From: Candidatus Rokuibacteriota bacterium
GTDB lineage: Bacteria; Methylomirabilota; Methylomirabilia; Rokubacteriales; DASRDR01
Assembly: GCA_044866005.1 (NCBI GenBank)
Contig: JBIOTN010000220.1
Span: 1 to 61,718, forward strand
Direction: 5' to 3'
Length of the DNA: 61,718 nt
The notes beneath the pieces were generated by a model. That model did not search any database. It worked only from the letters and a program-made list of their open reading frames with translations, and was not told the DNA's origin. The translations under genes and the position numbers were made by a program. Positions 35,001-44,100 of the stretch are shown here, in pieces (positions within the stretch are counted from its first letter, which is position 1; every line of letters starts with the position of its first letter).

Positions 35001-36153
35001 GGCGCGGGACCGTCACGGCGTGGAGGTCGCGCTCCGTCAGGCTCACTCGCTCTACTTCCTCGGGCGCTTCGCCGAGTGCCTCGAGCTGCTCCTGGGCCAG
35101 CTCCCGCGGGTCGAGGGGCTCCAGGACCCGACGCTGGCCGGGCCCTATTACTTCCGGCTCGGTCACACCCAGAGCCACCTGGGCGCCCACGACGAGGCGG
35201 CGCGGAGCGCCGAGCGGGCGCTCCGCGAGGCGACGCAGGCGGGCGACGAGGCGACGGCCGGCCGCGCCCATTACGTGCTCGCGCGCAGCGCCTTCTGGTC
35301 GGGGTCCTATGCCCGGGCGGCGGAGCACGGGCGCCACGCCATCGCGCTGCTCGAGCGGACCGCGGAGCGCTGGTGGCTCGGGGCCGCCCACTGGGGCATG
35401 GCGTTCACCTGCGGCTTCACCGGGGAGTTCACCGAGGCGCTCGCGGCCGCCGCGCGCGCGGACGCCATCGGCCAGGCCATCGCCGATCCGCGCCTCCAGG
35501 CCTACGCCGCCTGGACGACGGGCTGGATCCGCGCCGCGATGGGCGACGGCGAGGCCGGGATCGAGGCGTGCCGGCGTAGCCTCGAGCGGTCACCGGACGC
35601 CGTCAACACGGCAGACGCGACGAGCTTCCTCGGCTATGCCCACGTCGCGAACGGCGACGCGGGCCGGGCGATCCCGCTCCTCCGGCAGGCTGTCGAGCAG
35701 TGGCGGCTCTTCCGCCATCGGCCGATGCTCGGCTGGTTCACGTCCGTGCTGGCCGAGGCGCATCGTCTGGAGGGCCAGCTCGAGCGCGCGCGCGAGCTGG
35801 CGTCGGAGGCGCTCGGGCTGACCGGGGAGGCGGGCTTCCGATACGGCCTGGGCCTGGCCCAGCGGGCGCTGGGCCGCGTGGCCCGAGCGAGCGGCGCGCC
35901 GGCTGGCGCCGAGCCCCATCTCGCCGAGGCCCTGGCGACCTTCGGCCACATCGGCGCGCGCTACGACGAGGCCCTCACCGACCTCGATCTCGCGGACCTG
36001 GCGAACGCCCTGGGCAACCCCCAGGCCGCGGGCCGCCACGTCGGCCGCGCCTACGCGGCGTTCAGCTCGCTCGGCATCCCCCACCACGCCGCGCGCGCCG
36101 CGGAGCTGGCCAGCCGGCTGGGGGTGCCGCTCCCGCCCCCGGCTGCCGCCTGA
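32077..36153 (+). CDS. Sigma-54-dependent activator (AAA+ and Fis HTH) fused to a degenerate nucleotide cyclase domain, STAND AAA ATPase and TPRs
   Basis: GETGTGKG, GAFTDA, IFLDEV, FREDLYHRL, WPGNLREL, GNISRAAARLGLSRNTL. Then a cyclase-like FGGRV..FG..ED.P.RA..LRIGIHT, then FVGRRHEL, GEAGIGKTRL, ENLHW, GNPFFLEE, then TPR-like helices. Confidence 0.9.
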   Translation: MDVLADLIGDSPGIVAVREKLGRLLQHQSEARRFPPILIQGETGTGKGLLARLIHEASPRAAAPFVDINCAAIPETLLEAEMFGFERGAFTDARQAKPGLFQTAHHGTIFLDEVGLLPEGVQAKLLKAIEERAVRRLGSTRAEPVDAAVIAATSEDLAAAMRARRFREDLYHRLAVMTVSLPPLRERGADILRLGEHFLARACQDYRLPLKSFTADARAALLAYRWPGNLRELGNVMERVALLSEGRTVTVPMLALPSGPTAEPAGLRVGQSLHDAVRSVEREALVEALRAASGNISRAAARLGLSRNTLRYRLEKHGLGPRGVAPPSRAPSARRHAPAAGPARRAGPAATPPGDDAASGERRPVLLLRAALVAPPGASPGDLTRALEALDEKVRSFGGRVEALDGRGLEATFGLEPIEDAPSRAAHAAIAMQRAVERDAAGAPLGLRIGIHTAQLAIRQESGRIAIVPESREEPAALLSALVERAEGGTILVSEATAPLLERRFDLVRVTPAGETAGAVYRLAGREGTGSELRRRLATFVGRRHELELLQSRLASAMTGRGQVVGIAGEAGIGKTRLLFEFQRSLAGRRVTYLEGHCRAYGDGIPYLPLLDLLRNNCGITDTDTPEAIVDKVRAGLQVVGLDPAEGAPYLLQLLGVKEETGPLALLSPEAIKGRTFETLRQMALKGSRQRPLILAVENLHWVDRTSEEYLGSLVESLAGAPLLLLLTYRPGYRPPGIEKSYATQIALQPLAAPDSLSLVRSFLQTEELPPAVADAVLGRAEGNPFFLEELALSLWEQSEPGATAAVPGTIQEALMARINRLPDEPKRVLQTASILGREFSLRLLGAIWPGPGGLDPHLVELKRLEFLYERSSSDEPVYVFKHTLTQEVAYESLPPVRRRALHAATGRALERLHAGRRAAVADQLAHHYARTDESEKALEYLGQVAEQAARSYAHAEAVRALGEALPHVDRLPAPARDRHGVEVALRQAHSLYFLGRFAECLELLLGQLPRVEGLQDPTLAGPYYFRLGHTQSHLGAHDEAARSAERALREATQAGDEATAGRAHYVLARSAFWSGSYARAAEHGRHAIALLERTAERWWLGAAHWGMAFTCGFTGEFTEALAAAARADAIGQAIADPRLQAYAAWTTGWIRAAMGDGEAGIEACRRSLERSPDAVNTADATSFLGYAHVANGDAGRAIPLLRQAVEQWRLFRHRPMLGWFTSVLAEAHRLEGQLERARELASEALGLTGEAGFRYGLGLAQRALGRVARASGAPAGAEPHLAEALATFGHIGARYDEALTDLDLADLANALGNPQAAGRHVGRAYAAFSSLGIPHHAARAAELASRLGVPLPPPAAA

Positions 36154-36212
36154 GCGTCATCCGTCACCCGATCCACGTCGGGGCGACGCCGGCGCCCCGT
36201 CGTTCGTCAGCC

Positions 36213-36656
36213 CTACCGGGGAACCCGGTTGACGAGGAGCCAGTACAATCCCAGTTGCCTGACGGCATCCAGGAACTGGTCGAACGCGACGGGCTTGACG
36301 ATGTAGCTATTGACACCGAGCCGGTAGCTTTCGACCATGTCGCGGTCTTGCTTGGAGGAGGTGAGCACGACCACCGGAATCGTCTTGGTTCGCTCGTCGG
36401 ACTTGATCCTTGCGAGCACCTCCAGGCCGTCCACCTTGGGAAGCTTGAGGTCGAGCAGCACGACCTTGGGGCCATTCGCCACCTTTCGCTGAGAGTACGC
36501 GCCGGTCGCGAAGAGAAAGGCGAGCGCCCGGGCGCCGTCCTCGACGTGGTGAACGTGGTTCGCAAGGTTGTGTTTTCTGAGTGCGCGTAGTGTCATCTCG
36601 GCGTCTTCAGGGTTGTCCTCGACCAGGAGGATCTCGACTTCGTCAAGCCCGGTCAT
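36213..36656 (-). CDS. Single-domain response regulator (Rcp1-like)
   Basis: [46 protein letters not shown]. Confidence 0.93.
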   Translation of the reverse strand: MTGLDEVEILLVEDNPEDAEMTLRALRKHNLANHVHHVEDGARALAFLFATGAYSQRKVANGPKVVLLDLKLPKVDGLEVLARIKSDERTKTIPVVVLTSSKQDRDMVESYRLGVNSYIVKPVAFDQFLDAVRQLGLYWLLVNRVPR

Positions 36657-37684
36657 TGTTCCCGCTCCGTATTGGGAAGCGCGAAATAGAACGTCGCGCC
36701 CTTGGCGACCGTTCCTTGGGCCCAGACGCGGCCGCCGTGGCGGTGGACGACTCGCTGCACCAGCGCAAGCCCGACGCCGGTGCCTTCGAATCCCTCGCCC
36801 GAGTGCAGCCGCTGGAAGACGCCGAAGAGCTTGTGTGCGTATTCCATCTCGAATCCTACGCCGTTGTCTTTGACCCAGTAGGTGTTCTCATCGGACTCTA
36901 CACATCCGCCGACCTCTATCTCGGCCTCGGTCCGACGCCCGGTGTACTTGACCGCGTTGCCGATCAGGTTCAGCCAGACCTGGCGCAGGAGGGCCCGGTC
37001 ACCCCATACGGCGGGGAGAGCCGTGACGTGGATTGCGACTCTTCGTTCCGGCCAAGCTTCGAGCGCCTCTCGGATGACATCCCGAACGAGGCTGGTCATG
37101 TCGACCGTGGAATGCCTCAGCGCAGTGCGACCCATGCGGGAGAATTCCAGAAGATCGTCGATGAGCTTCCCCATCTTGCGGACGCCCTCCACGATGACGT
37201 TCAGCTTCCGCTGAGCTTCACGGTCCAGGTCATCCGCGCTATCTTCGAGGAGCATCCGCGCGTAACCGTCAATGGCCCTGAGCGGAGCGCGGAGGTCGTG
37301 GGAGACGGAGGAGCTGAAGGCCTCCAGCTCCTGATTCGACCCTCTGAGCTCGGCGGTCCGTCGCTCCACCAGCCGTTCGAGGTTCTCGTTGAGCTTTCGG
37401 ACGTCTTCCTCGGCCCGTCTCTGTTCTACGACTGTCTCGTGAAGCCGCTCGTTAGCCTCCGAGAGCTGCTCGTTCGCACGGCGCAGCTCGTCTTGGGCAT
37501 TGCGCGCGGCGTTGATGGCCACGTTGATCATCGCGCAAAGGTACCCGAAGGCCTCGTCCGGCTCCCGGGTCCGGGCAACTGCCGTAAAATCGCCGAACAT
37601 GACCCTGGTCAGGGCTTCCGTCAGACTCTGGATCTGCCCTCGGACGTACGCGTTGTAGTCCGAGGTAGGCGACGGCGCGGTCAT
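36653..37684 (-). CDS. Cytoplasmic histidine kinase (HAMP-like, coiled coil, HisKA, HATPase) with no sensor domain of its own
   Basis: [47 protein letters not shown]. The short N-terminus GDFTAVA..DEAFGYL..MIN is HAMP-like. No TM segment. Confidence 0.9.
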   Translation of the reverse strand: MTAPSPTSDYNAYVRGQIQSLTEALTRVMFGDFTAVARTREPDEAFGYLCAMINVAINAARNAQDELRRANEQLSEANERLHETVVEQRRAEEDVRKLNENLERLVERRTAELRGSNQELEAFSSSVSHDLRAPLRAIDGYARMLLEDSADDLDREAQRKLNVIVEGVRKMGKLIDDLLEFSRMGRTALRHSTVDMTSLVRDVIREALEAWPERRVAIHVTALPAVWGDRALLRQVWLNLIGNAVKYTGRRTEAEIEVGGCVESDENTYWVKDNGVGFEMEYAHKLFGVFQRLHSGEGFEGTGVGLALVQRVVHRHGGRVWAQGTVAKGATFYFALPNTEREQ

Positions 37685-37691
37685 AAGTCGT

Positions 37692-38237
37692 TCACGGAAG
37701 GCCGAACCGTACCTCGACTTCGCACCACGGGGCGCCTTTGAGAGCACATCGGGTTTCCGTGACGGTTCCTTTTTCGCGGTAATGGGCCAGGACCCCCTCG
37801 GCCACGAAGCGGAGAACGCCGCAGAGATGGTTGGGTGAATCGTACTTGAAGACGAGCCGTTCGTGGCTGGACTCCAGGACGTACAGCTTGTCTCGGAAGT
37901 CCTTGGCGGACGCGGCCGAGGGCCACTGCTTGTGGATCGTCGGAACCTTCTCGAAGAGGCTCCGGGCATTCCCGGCGACCGTGAAAATGGCCGGGAACAT
38001 CACGGGCGAGACCTCCATGAAGTAGTCCGCAAACGCCTTTTGCGCGGCCTCGTCTCCTACGCCGTACAGCTCCTTGGCCGCCCGGTAGAGGGCCTGGAAC
38101 TCCTCCTCGGAGTAGATGATCTCGGGCTGATACGGCTTCGGGGGGATGCCGGCGAGCGCGAAGAGTCGCGAGACTCCCTCGGATCCGTGATGCGTCTCGA
38201 CCATTCGGATGAGAAGGTTGTTGATGTGTCCCATCAT
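37692..38237 (-). CDS. H-NOX (heme NO/O2-binding, HNOB/V4R-like) domain protein, atypical
   Basis: 181 aa, MxG start, Y..EEF, QKAFADYF, IH102, Y132-x-S134, C139, EG..AHY, C164, C172. It lies directly upstream of a histidine kinase. Confidence 0.82.
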   Translation of the reverse strand: MMGHINNLLIRMVETHHGSEGVSRLFALAGIPPKPYQPEIIYSEEEFQALYRAAKELYGVGDEAAQKAFADYFMEVSPVMFPAIFTVAGNARSLFEKVPTIHKQWPSAASAKDFRDKLYVLESSHERLVFKYDSPNHLCGVLRFVAEGVLAHYREKGTVTETRCALKGAPWCEVEVRFGLP

Positions 38238-38280
38238 GGGGGTTGGATCCTTCCCTCCCCTGGGGCCCCGGCCTCGCAGG

Positions 38281-40698
38281 TCACGCGCCCGCCACGGTCT
38301 GCTGGACGACCCGCCGGATCTCCTCCAGGGCGAAGGGCTTGTTCAGGCTGGGGACGCCGCTCTTCTCCAGGAACTCGCTGATGTCGGGGCTGAGCGTGTC
38401 GCCGGTGAGGAAGATGATCCGCCGGACGAGCCCCGGGTGCGCGCGCTCCAGCTCGCGGTAGAATCCCGGCCCGTCCAGCTCGGGCATCTTGATGTCGCTC
38501 AGGACCAGGTCGTACCGGTACACGCGGAGCCGTTCCAGCGCCACGGCGCCGTTGGTGACCGTCTGGACCTGGTGGCCCTCCGCCGACAGGATCTCGGCCA
38601 GCATCCCCGCGATCTCGGGCTCGTCGTCCACGATCAGGACCGCCAATCCCTGAATCGGCTTGACCGAGTCCGGCGCCGGCGCCTTCGGCGGCGCCTCGCG
38701 CGGCGGCACCACGGGCAGCTCGACGCGGAAGACGGCCCCGAGGCCGGGCCGGCTCTCCACCCGGATCGCCCCGCCGTGCCCTTCGACGATGCCCTGACAC
38801 AGCGAGAGCCCGAGTCCGGTCCCCTGGCCCGGGGCTTTCGTCGTGAAGAAGGGCTCGAAGATCCGCGGCTGGACGGCGGGCGGGACGCCCGGACCCGTGT
38901 CGGCCACCACCAGCGAGGCCTGCTGCCGCGCCGCGTCGTGCCGCGTGGTGATGATGATCTGTCTCGGCTGAGGCGTCTGGCGGATGGCGTGGTGGGCGTT
39001 CGACACCAGGTTCACCACGACCTGGTGGAGCTGGTTCGGATCGGCCCACAGCGCCGGCAGGTCCGGGGCCAGCTCGAACCGCACCTCGACGTCGTCCACG
39101 CGGAGCTGGTAGGCGAGCAGCTCGACCGCCTGCCGCGCCACCTCGTTGAGCGACACCTTCTGCCGCTCGGTCGGCCGCTGGCGCGCCAGGGCGAGGAAGT
39201 TCTTGACGATGCGCGCGGACCGGTCCGCCGCCTCGGCGACCTTCTTGGCCTGGGCGGCGTGCGGCGTCCCCGCCAGCTTGTATTCCAGGAGCGCGGCCCG
39301 GCCCAGGACGACCGAGAGGGGGTTGTTCAGCTCGTGGGCCACCCCGGCCAGGAGCTGCCCCATGGCCGCGAGCTTCTCGGTCTGGAGGAGCTGGGCCTGC
39401 GTCCGTTGCAGCTCCTCGAGCTGGTCCTTCACCCGCTGATAGAGCCGCGCGTTCTCGATCGCGATCCCCGCGTGATCGGCGAGGATCGTGAGGAGCCGCT
39501 CTTCCGTGGCGGTGAAGGCGCGGGGGCGCCGGCTCGCGATCGCGAGCAACCCGACGGGCTCGCCGGCGGTCACGAGCGAGACTCCGAGCGCGCGGTCGGC
39601 GTCGGCGAGGAGCAATGCCGCCTCACCGCGGGCGTCTCGACCGAAGAGCTCCGAGATCACCAACCGGCGCTCGGACTCCAAGCGACGCAGCAAAGGCTCG
39701 TCCGCCGGGAGCCGCAGCGCCCGCGCCTCGGCCTCCTCGAACCCGGTCCACGCCGCCGGCTGGAGCTCGGTACCCTCGACGAGCCAGAGGAGGCTCGCGT
39801 CCGCCCGGAGAAGATCCCTGGCCGCGCTCGCCACCTGCTGCGCCAACCCGCTCATGTCGCGGAGCGTCGCGATGGACCGGGTGAGGCTGTTCAGGACCAG
39901 GAGCGCGTCCTTCTCGTCGGCCAGCCGGCGGTGCGCGAGCACGTTTTCGAGCGTCGCGGGGATCTTGGGCAGAGCGCTCTCGCTCTTGATGATGTAGTCC
40001 GCCGCGCCGAGCTTGAAGGCCTGGACCGCCGTCTCCTCGTCCCCCTGTCCCGTCACGATCACCACGGGAATCTGGATGCGCGCCTCGCGGAGCGCCTTGA
40101 GGATCTCGATGCCGGACAGGTCCGGCATCCGGTAGTCGAGGAGTAGGAGGTCGTACGCGGTCGTTTTCACCCGCTCGAGGACTTCGCGCCCCTGCGACGT
40201 CAGCTCGAGCTGGAAATGCGGCCCATGCTCCCGGAACGTCCGCCGCATCAGCTCGACGTCGGCGGGATCATGCTCGGCATAGAGAACGCGGACCGCGGTG
40301 CGCCGGAGCTCTCGCACCGATTGGGACCAGCGGACGGTGGCCTCGAGGATCGCCGGGAGCGTGTCGAGATAGCCGGGCCGCTTGACGACGTAGTCGGCCG
40401 CGCCCGCCTTGAGGAGTCGGACGGCCGTGTCGGCATCGCCGGAGCCGGTGACCAGGACGACGGGGAGCATCCAGCCGCGCGCCTTGACCGCCTGCACGAG
40501 GTCCAGGCCCGTCGCGTCGGGCAGCCGGAAGTCCGAGAGCACCACGTCGACGTCCCCGGCGGCGAGCTGGTCCAGCGCCTCGCCCACGCTCCCCACCACC
40601 GTCAGCTTCAGGTGCCGCGCGTGGCGCTCCAGGTGGCGCCGCGTGAGCTCCTGGTCGGCCGGGCTGTCCTCGACGTACAGGAGGCGGATCACTTCCAC
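38281..40698 (-). CDS. Hybrid sensor kinase REC-REC-GAF-HisKA-HATPase-REC
   Basis: Two N-terminal receivers, GAF (GLLAIASRRPRAF), EKLAAMGQLLAGVAHELNNPL, FEPFFTTK..GTGLGL, C-terminal receiver. Confidence 0.92.
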   Translation of the reverse strand: MEVIRLLYVEDSPADQELTRRHLERHARHLKLTVVGSVGEALDQLAAGDVDVVLSDFRLPDATGLDLVQAVKARGWMLPVVLVTGSGDADTAVRLLKAGAADYVVKRPGYLDTLPAILEATVRWSQSVRELRRTAVRVLYAEHDPADVELMRRTFREHGPHFQLELTSQGREVLERVKTTAYDLLLLDYRMPDLSGIEILKALREARIQIPVVIVTGQGDEETAVQAFKLGAADYIIKSESALPKIPATLENVLAHRRLADEKDALLVLNSLTRSIATLRDMSGLAQQVASAARDLLRADASLLWLVEGTELQPAAWTGFEEAEARALRLPADEPLLRRLESERRLVISELFGRDARGEAALLLADADRALGVSLVTAGEPVGLLAIASRRPRAFTATEERLLTILADHAGIAIENARLYQRVKDQLEELQRTQAQLLQTEKLAAMGQLLAGVAHELNNPLSVVLGRAALLEYKLAGTPHAAQAKKVAEAADRSARIVKNFLALARQRPTERQKVSLNEVARQAVELLAYQLRVDDVEVRFELAPDLPALWADPNQLHQVVVNLVSNAHHAIRQTPQPRQIIITTRHDAARQQASLVVADTGPGVPPAVQPRIFEPFFTTKAPGQGTGLGLSLCQGIVEGHGGAIRVESRPGLGAVFRVELPVVPPREAPPKAPAPDSVKPIQGLAVLIVDDEPEIAGMLAEILSAEGHQVQTVTNGAVALERLRVYRYDLVLSDIKMPELDGPGFYRELERAHPGLVRRIIFLTGDTLSPDISEFLEKSGVPSLNKPFALEEIRRVVQQTVAGA

Positions 40699-41168
40699 GG
40701 CGGCTCGCTCCCCGGCGGCTCGCTCCCCCGACCGGCAGCCGGATACGGCACGTTCGTCAGCAACCAGTACAGGTCGATGCGCTCCACCACCTGCTGGAAC
40801 TTGTCGAACTCGACCGGCTTGACGATGTAGCTCGCCGCGCCGAGCTCGTAGCTCTTCTTGACGTCGCCATCCTCCGCCGAGGTCGTGAGCACCACGACCG
40901 GGATGTTCCGGTAGACGGGGTGACTCTTGAGCTCCCGCAGCACCTCGAGGCCGTCCCGCTTCGGCAGCCGGAGGTCGAGCAGGATGACGCCGGGAACCGT
41001 CGCGCCACCGGCGAAGGCGCCGCGCCGGTAGACGTAGTCGAGCGCTTCCTCGCCGTCCCGCGCCACGGCGATGGGATTGGCCAGCTTGCGCCGCCGAAAA
41101 GCCCGGAGCGTCAGCTCGACGTCGGCGGGGTTGTCCTCCACCAACAGGATCGGCGCCAGCTCGCTCAT
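40689..41168 (-). CDS. Single-domain response regulator (Rcp1-like)
   Basis: [55 protein letters not shown] tail. Confidence 0.92.
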   Translation of the reverse strand: MSELAPILLVEDNPADVELTLRAFRRRKLANPIAVARDGEEALDYVYRRGAFAGGATVPGVILLDLRLPKRDGLEVLRELKSHPVYRNIPVVVLTTSAEDGDVKKSYELGAASYIVKPVEFDKFQQVVERIDLYWLLTNVPYPAAGRGSEPPGSEPPWK

Positions 41169-44100
41169 GCCCCGCCTCCGACGCTCGCGGGGAACGCCAG
41201 GTAGAACGTGCTCCCCTTGCCCGGTTCGGAGACCGCCCAGGCGCGACCCCCGTGACGCTCCGCGACCTTCCGGACGATCGCCAGGCCGACGCCCGTGCCG
41301 GGCACCTCTTCCTGCCGGTGAAGCCGCTCGAAGATCCCGAAGATCCGGTCGTGATACGTCATGTCGAAGCCGATGCCGTGGTCCGTGACGGACAGGGTCA
41401 GGGTGTCCCCGTCTTGCCTCGACGCGACGGTGATGGGACCGGCGCCGTCCGGGCTGAACTTCACGGCGTTCCCCACGAGGTTCGCCAGCGCCTCCCGGAG
41501 CCCCTCGCGCTCCGCCTGGACCGCCTTCAGCTCGAGGTCTGTCCGCAGCGAGAGGCCGCGCGTCCGGAGCTCGTCGGCGAGCTCCTCGCGCACCTCCTCC
41601 AGGAGCGGCCCGAGCGGGACCCACTCGCGGTACATCTCGCGGCGCTCGAGCCGCGAGTAGCGGAGCAGGTCGTCGATGAGCTGCGCCATGCGGCGGGTGC
41701 CGTCCTGGATGAAGCCGAGGTACTGGGCGCCGGTCGCGTCGAGCCGGTCGGCGTAGTCCTCCTGGAGGGCGCGCGCGAACCCCTCCATGCCCCGGAGGGG
41801 GGCCTTCAGGTCGTGCGAGACGGTGTAGGTGAATGCCTCGAGCTCGCCGTTCATCGCCTCGAGCTGGCGGGTGCGCTCGACCACCCGCTGCTCGAGCTCG
41901 GCGTTGAGCTGGCGGATCTGCTCCTCGGCGCGGAGCCGCTCCGTGATGTCCTCGCTGACGACGAGCCGGGCCCGCCGACCCGCGTATTCGAAGCTGTGCG
42001 AGACCACGCGGACGTCGATGATCCGGCCGTCCTTGCGCCGGTGACGCCAGTGGCCGGACAGCTGCCGGTCGGGAAGCGCGTGTTTCACGAGCTCACGCAG
42101 GCGCGGCACGTCCTCGGGTGGGCGGATGTCGGTGATGCGCATCTGCAGGAACTCGTCGGCCGCATAGCCGTAATGCGCGACGGCGGCCTCGTTCACCTCG
42201 AGGAAGCGCAGGCTCTCCGGGTCGTACACCCACATGGGGAGGGGGTTGCTGCTGAACATGAGCCGGAAGCGCTTCTCGTTTTCACGCAGCGCCTCCTCCA
42301 TCCGCCGGCGCTCGATGAACTGTCCGATCCGGCTGCCCACGTCGTCCATGATGGCGACGAGGTCGTCATCGGGCGACCGGCCGGCCCGGCTGAACCAGAC
42401 CATGACGGCCGTCACCCCGGCGGCACCGCGAATGGGATAGGCGAAGGCCGCGCGCAACCCGAGTCGTGAGGAAGCCGACGTCCGGGCGAAGTCAGGCTCT
42501 CTCGACACGTCAGGGATCCACGCCGGCTGACCGCTGGCCCACACGCGACCGAACACGCCCTCGCCGGCTGACAGGCCGATCTCTCTGGCGATCGGCTCGA
42601 AGTCGCCGACCCCGAGGGAGGGGGCATGCCAGGTGCCCTCCCACCGCAGCACGTCGGCACCGGCATCGACGCTCCACAGCTCGCCGAGGTCCCAGTCCGT
42701 GGCCACCCCGATCGTCTCGAGGAAGGACGCAGCGCCCTCGCCGAGGGAGGCCGAGTCGGCGAGCGCCCGCGTCACCGCGAGCTGCACCGCCTGGCGCCGC
42801 TCGGCCCGCTTGCGCGCGGTGATGTCGCGAAGGTAAGCCGTGAACTCCGGGTGCTCCCCGACACGGATGACAGTGATGGCCAGCTCGACCGGGAACTCCG
42901 CCCCATCGCTCCGGATCGCCGTCAGCTCGATCCGCTTGCCCAGCACCGGGCCGTCTCCGGTGGCGAGGTAGTGCGCGAGCCCGCGCCGATGCGCCGCTCG
43001 CTGGGGCGGGGGAATGATCAGCTCGGCCATCTCCCTCCCGATCACGTCGGCCCGGGCATGCCCGAACGTCGCCTCCGCCGTGGCATTGAACTCGATGATC
43101 TTGCCTTCGTGATCGATCGCGATGACGCAGTCGAGCGCCGACGCCAGCATCGCGCCTTTGCGGGCTTCGCTCTCTCGAAGCGCATCTTCCGCGCGCCGCC
43201 GTTCGGTGATGTCGCGCAGGATGACGCCGAGGATGGCTTCCCCGCTCCGGGTGAGCGTGAAGATCGTGGCATCCGCTGGAAAGTCCCTCCCGTCCTTGCG
43301 CCGTGCCGACACCTCCGCCCGCCGTCGCACCTGCGCAGCGCCGTCGCCGCCCCGGTCGCCGTCCCGGAACGCCCTGAGGAAATGCGCGGGCAGCACGACG
43401 TCCAGCGGCCGACCGACCACGTCCCTCGCGGCGTATCCGAAGCACTGCTCGGCACCCGTGTTGAAGAGGACGATGCGGTGGGCCTCGTCCGCCATCACGA
43501 TGGCGTCCGGGGCCGCGGCCAGGAGTCCGGCGAAGCTGGTCTCGGCGGCTTGACGCTCAGCTTCGGCGCGTGTGGCCTCGGCGCCCTGTCGTTGCAGGGC
43601 CTCCGCCATGTCGTCAAAGGCGCGGGCCAGCCGGCCGATCTCTGCCGCGTCGTGGGGCAGCCCCGTCCGTGCCGCGAGCTCCCCCGCCCCCAGCCGCTGG
43701 GTCGCCGCCGCGATGCGCCGCAATGGATCCGTGAGCGTGCGAGCCAGTCGGCAGCCCACGACGATCGCGCCGACCGTGAAGCCGAGCGCGACCCACAGCA
43801 GCCAGCGACCGAGGCGGTGCCCGGCCGCATACGCGACGGCCACGGGCTCCGCCGCCACGACGCCCCAGCCGAGCTGCCCGAGCGGCACGTACGCGCCGAG
43901 GAACCGCTCGGTCCCTCCCGGCTCGTCGAACTCCATGCTGCCCGACTGCCGGGCGAGCACCGCCTGGATGATGGGGAGCGTCTTGACGTCGGTGCCCGCC
44001 GGGACGGGCCGGGTCCCGCCGGACTGGGCGATCAGGAGCCCTCGGCCGTCCACCAGGTAGACGAGCCCGCGGTTCCCGTACGCCGCGCTGGAGACGAACT

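Noticed and set aside
40698..40727. 15-nt tandem duplication CGGCGGCTCGCTCCC x2
   Set aside because: It only encodes a GSEPPGSEPP tail on the response regulator and is a trivial slippage event.
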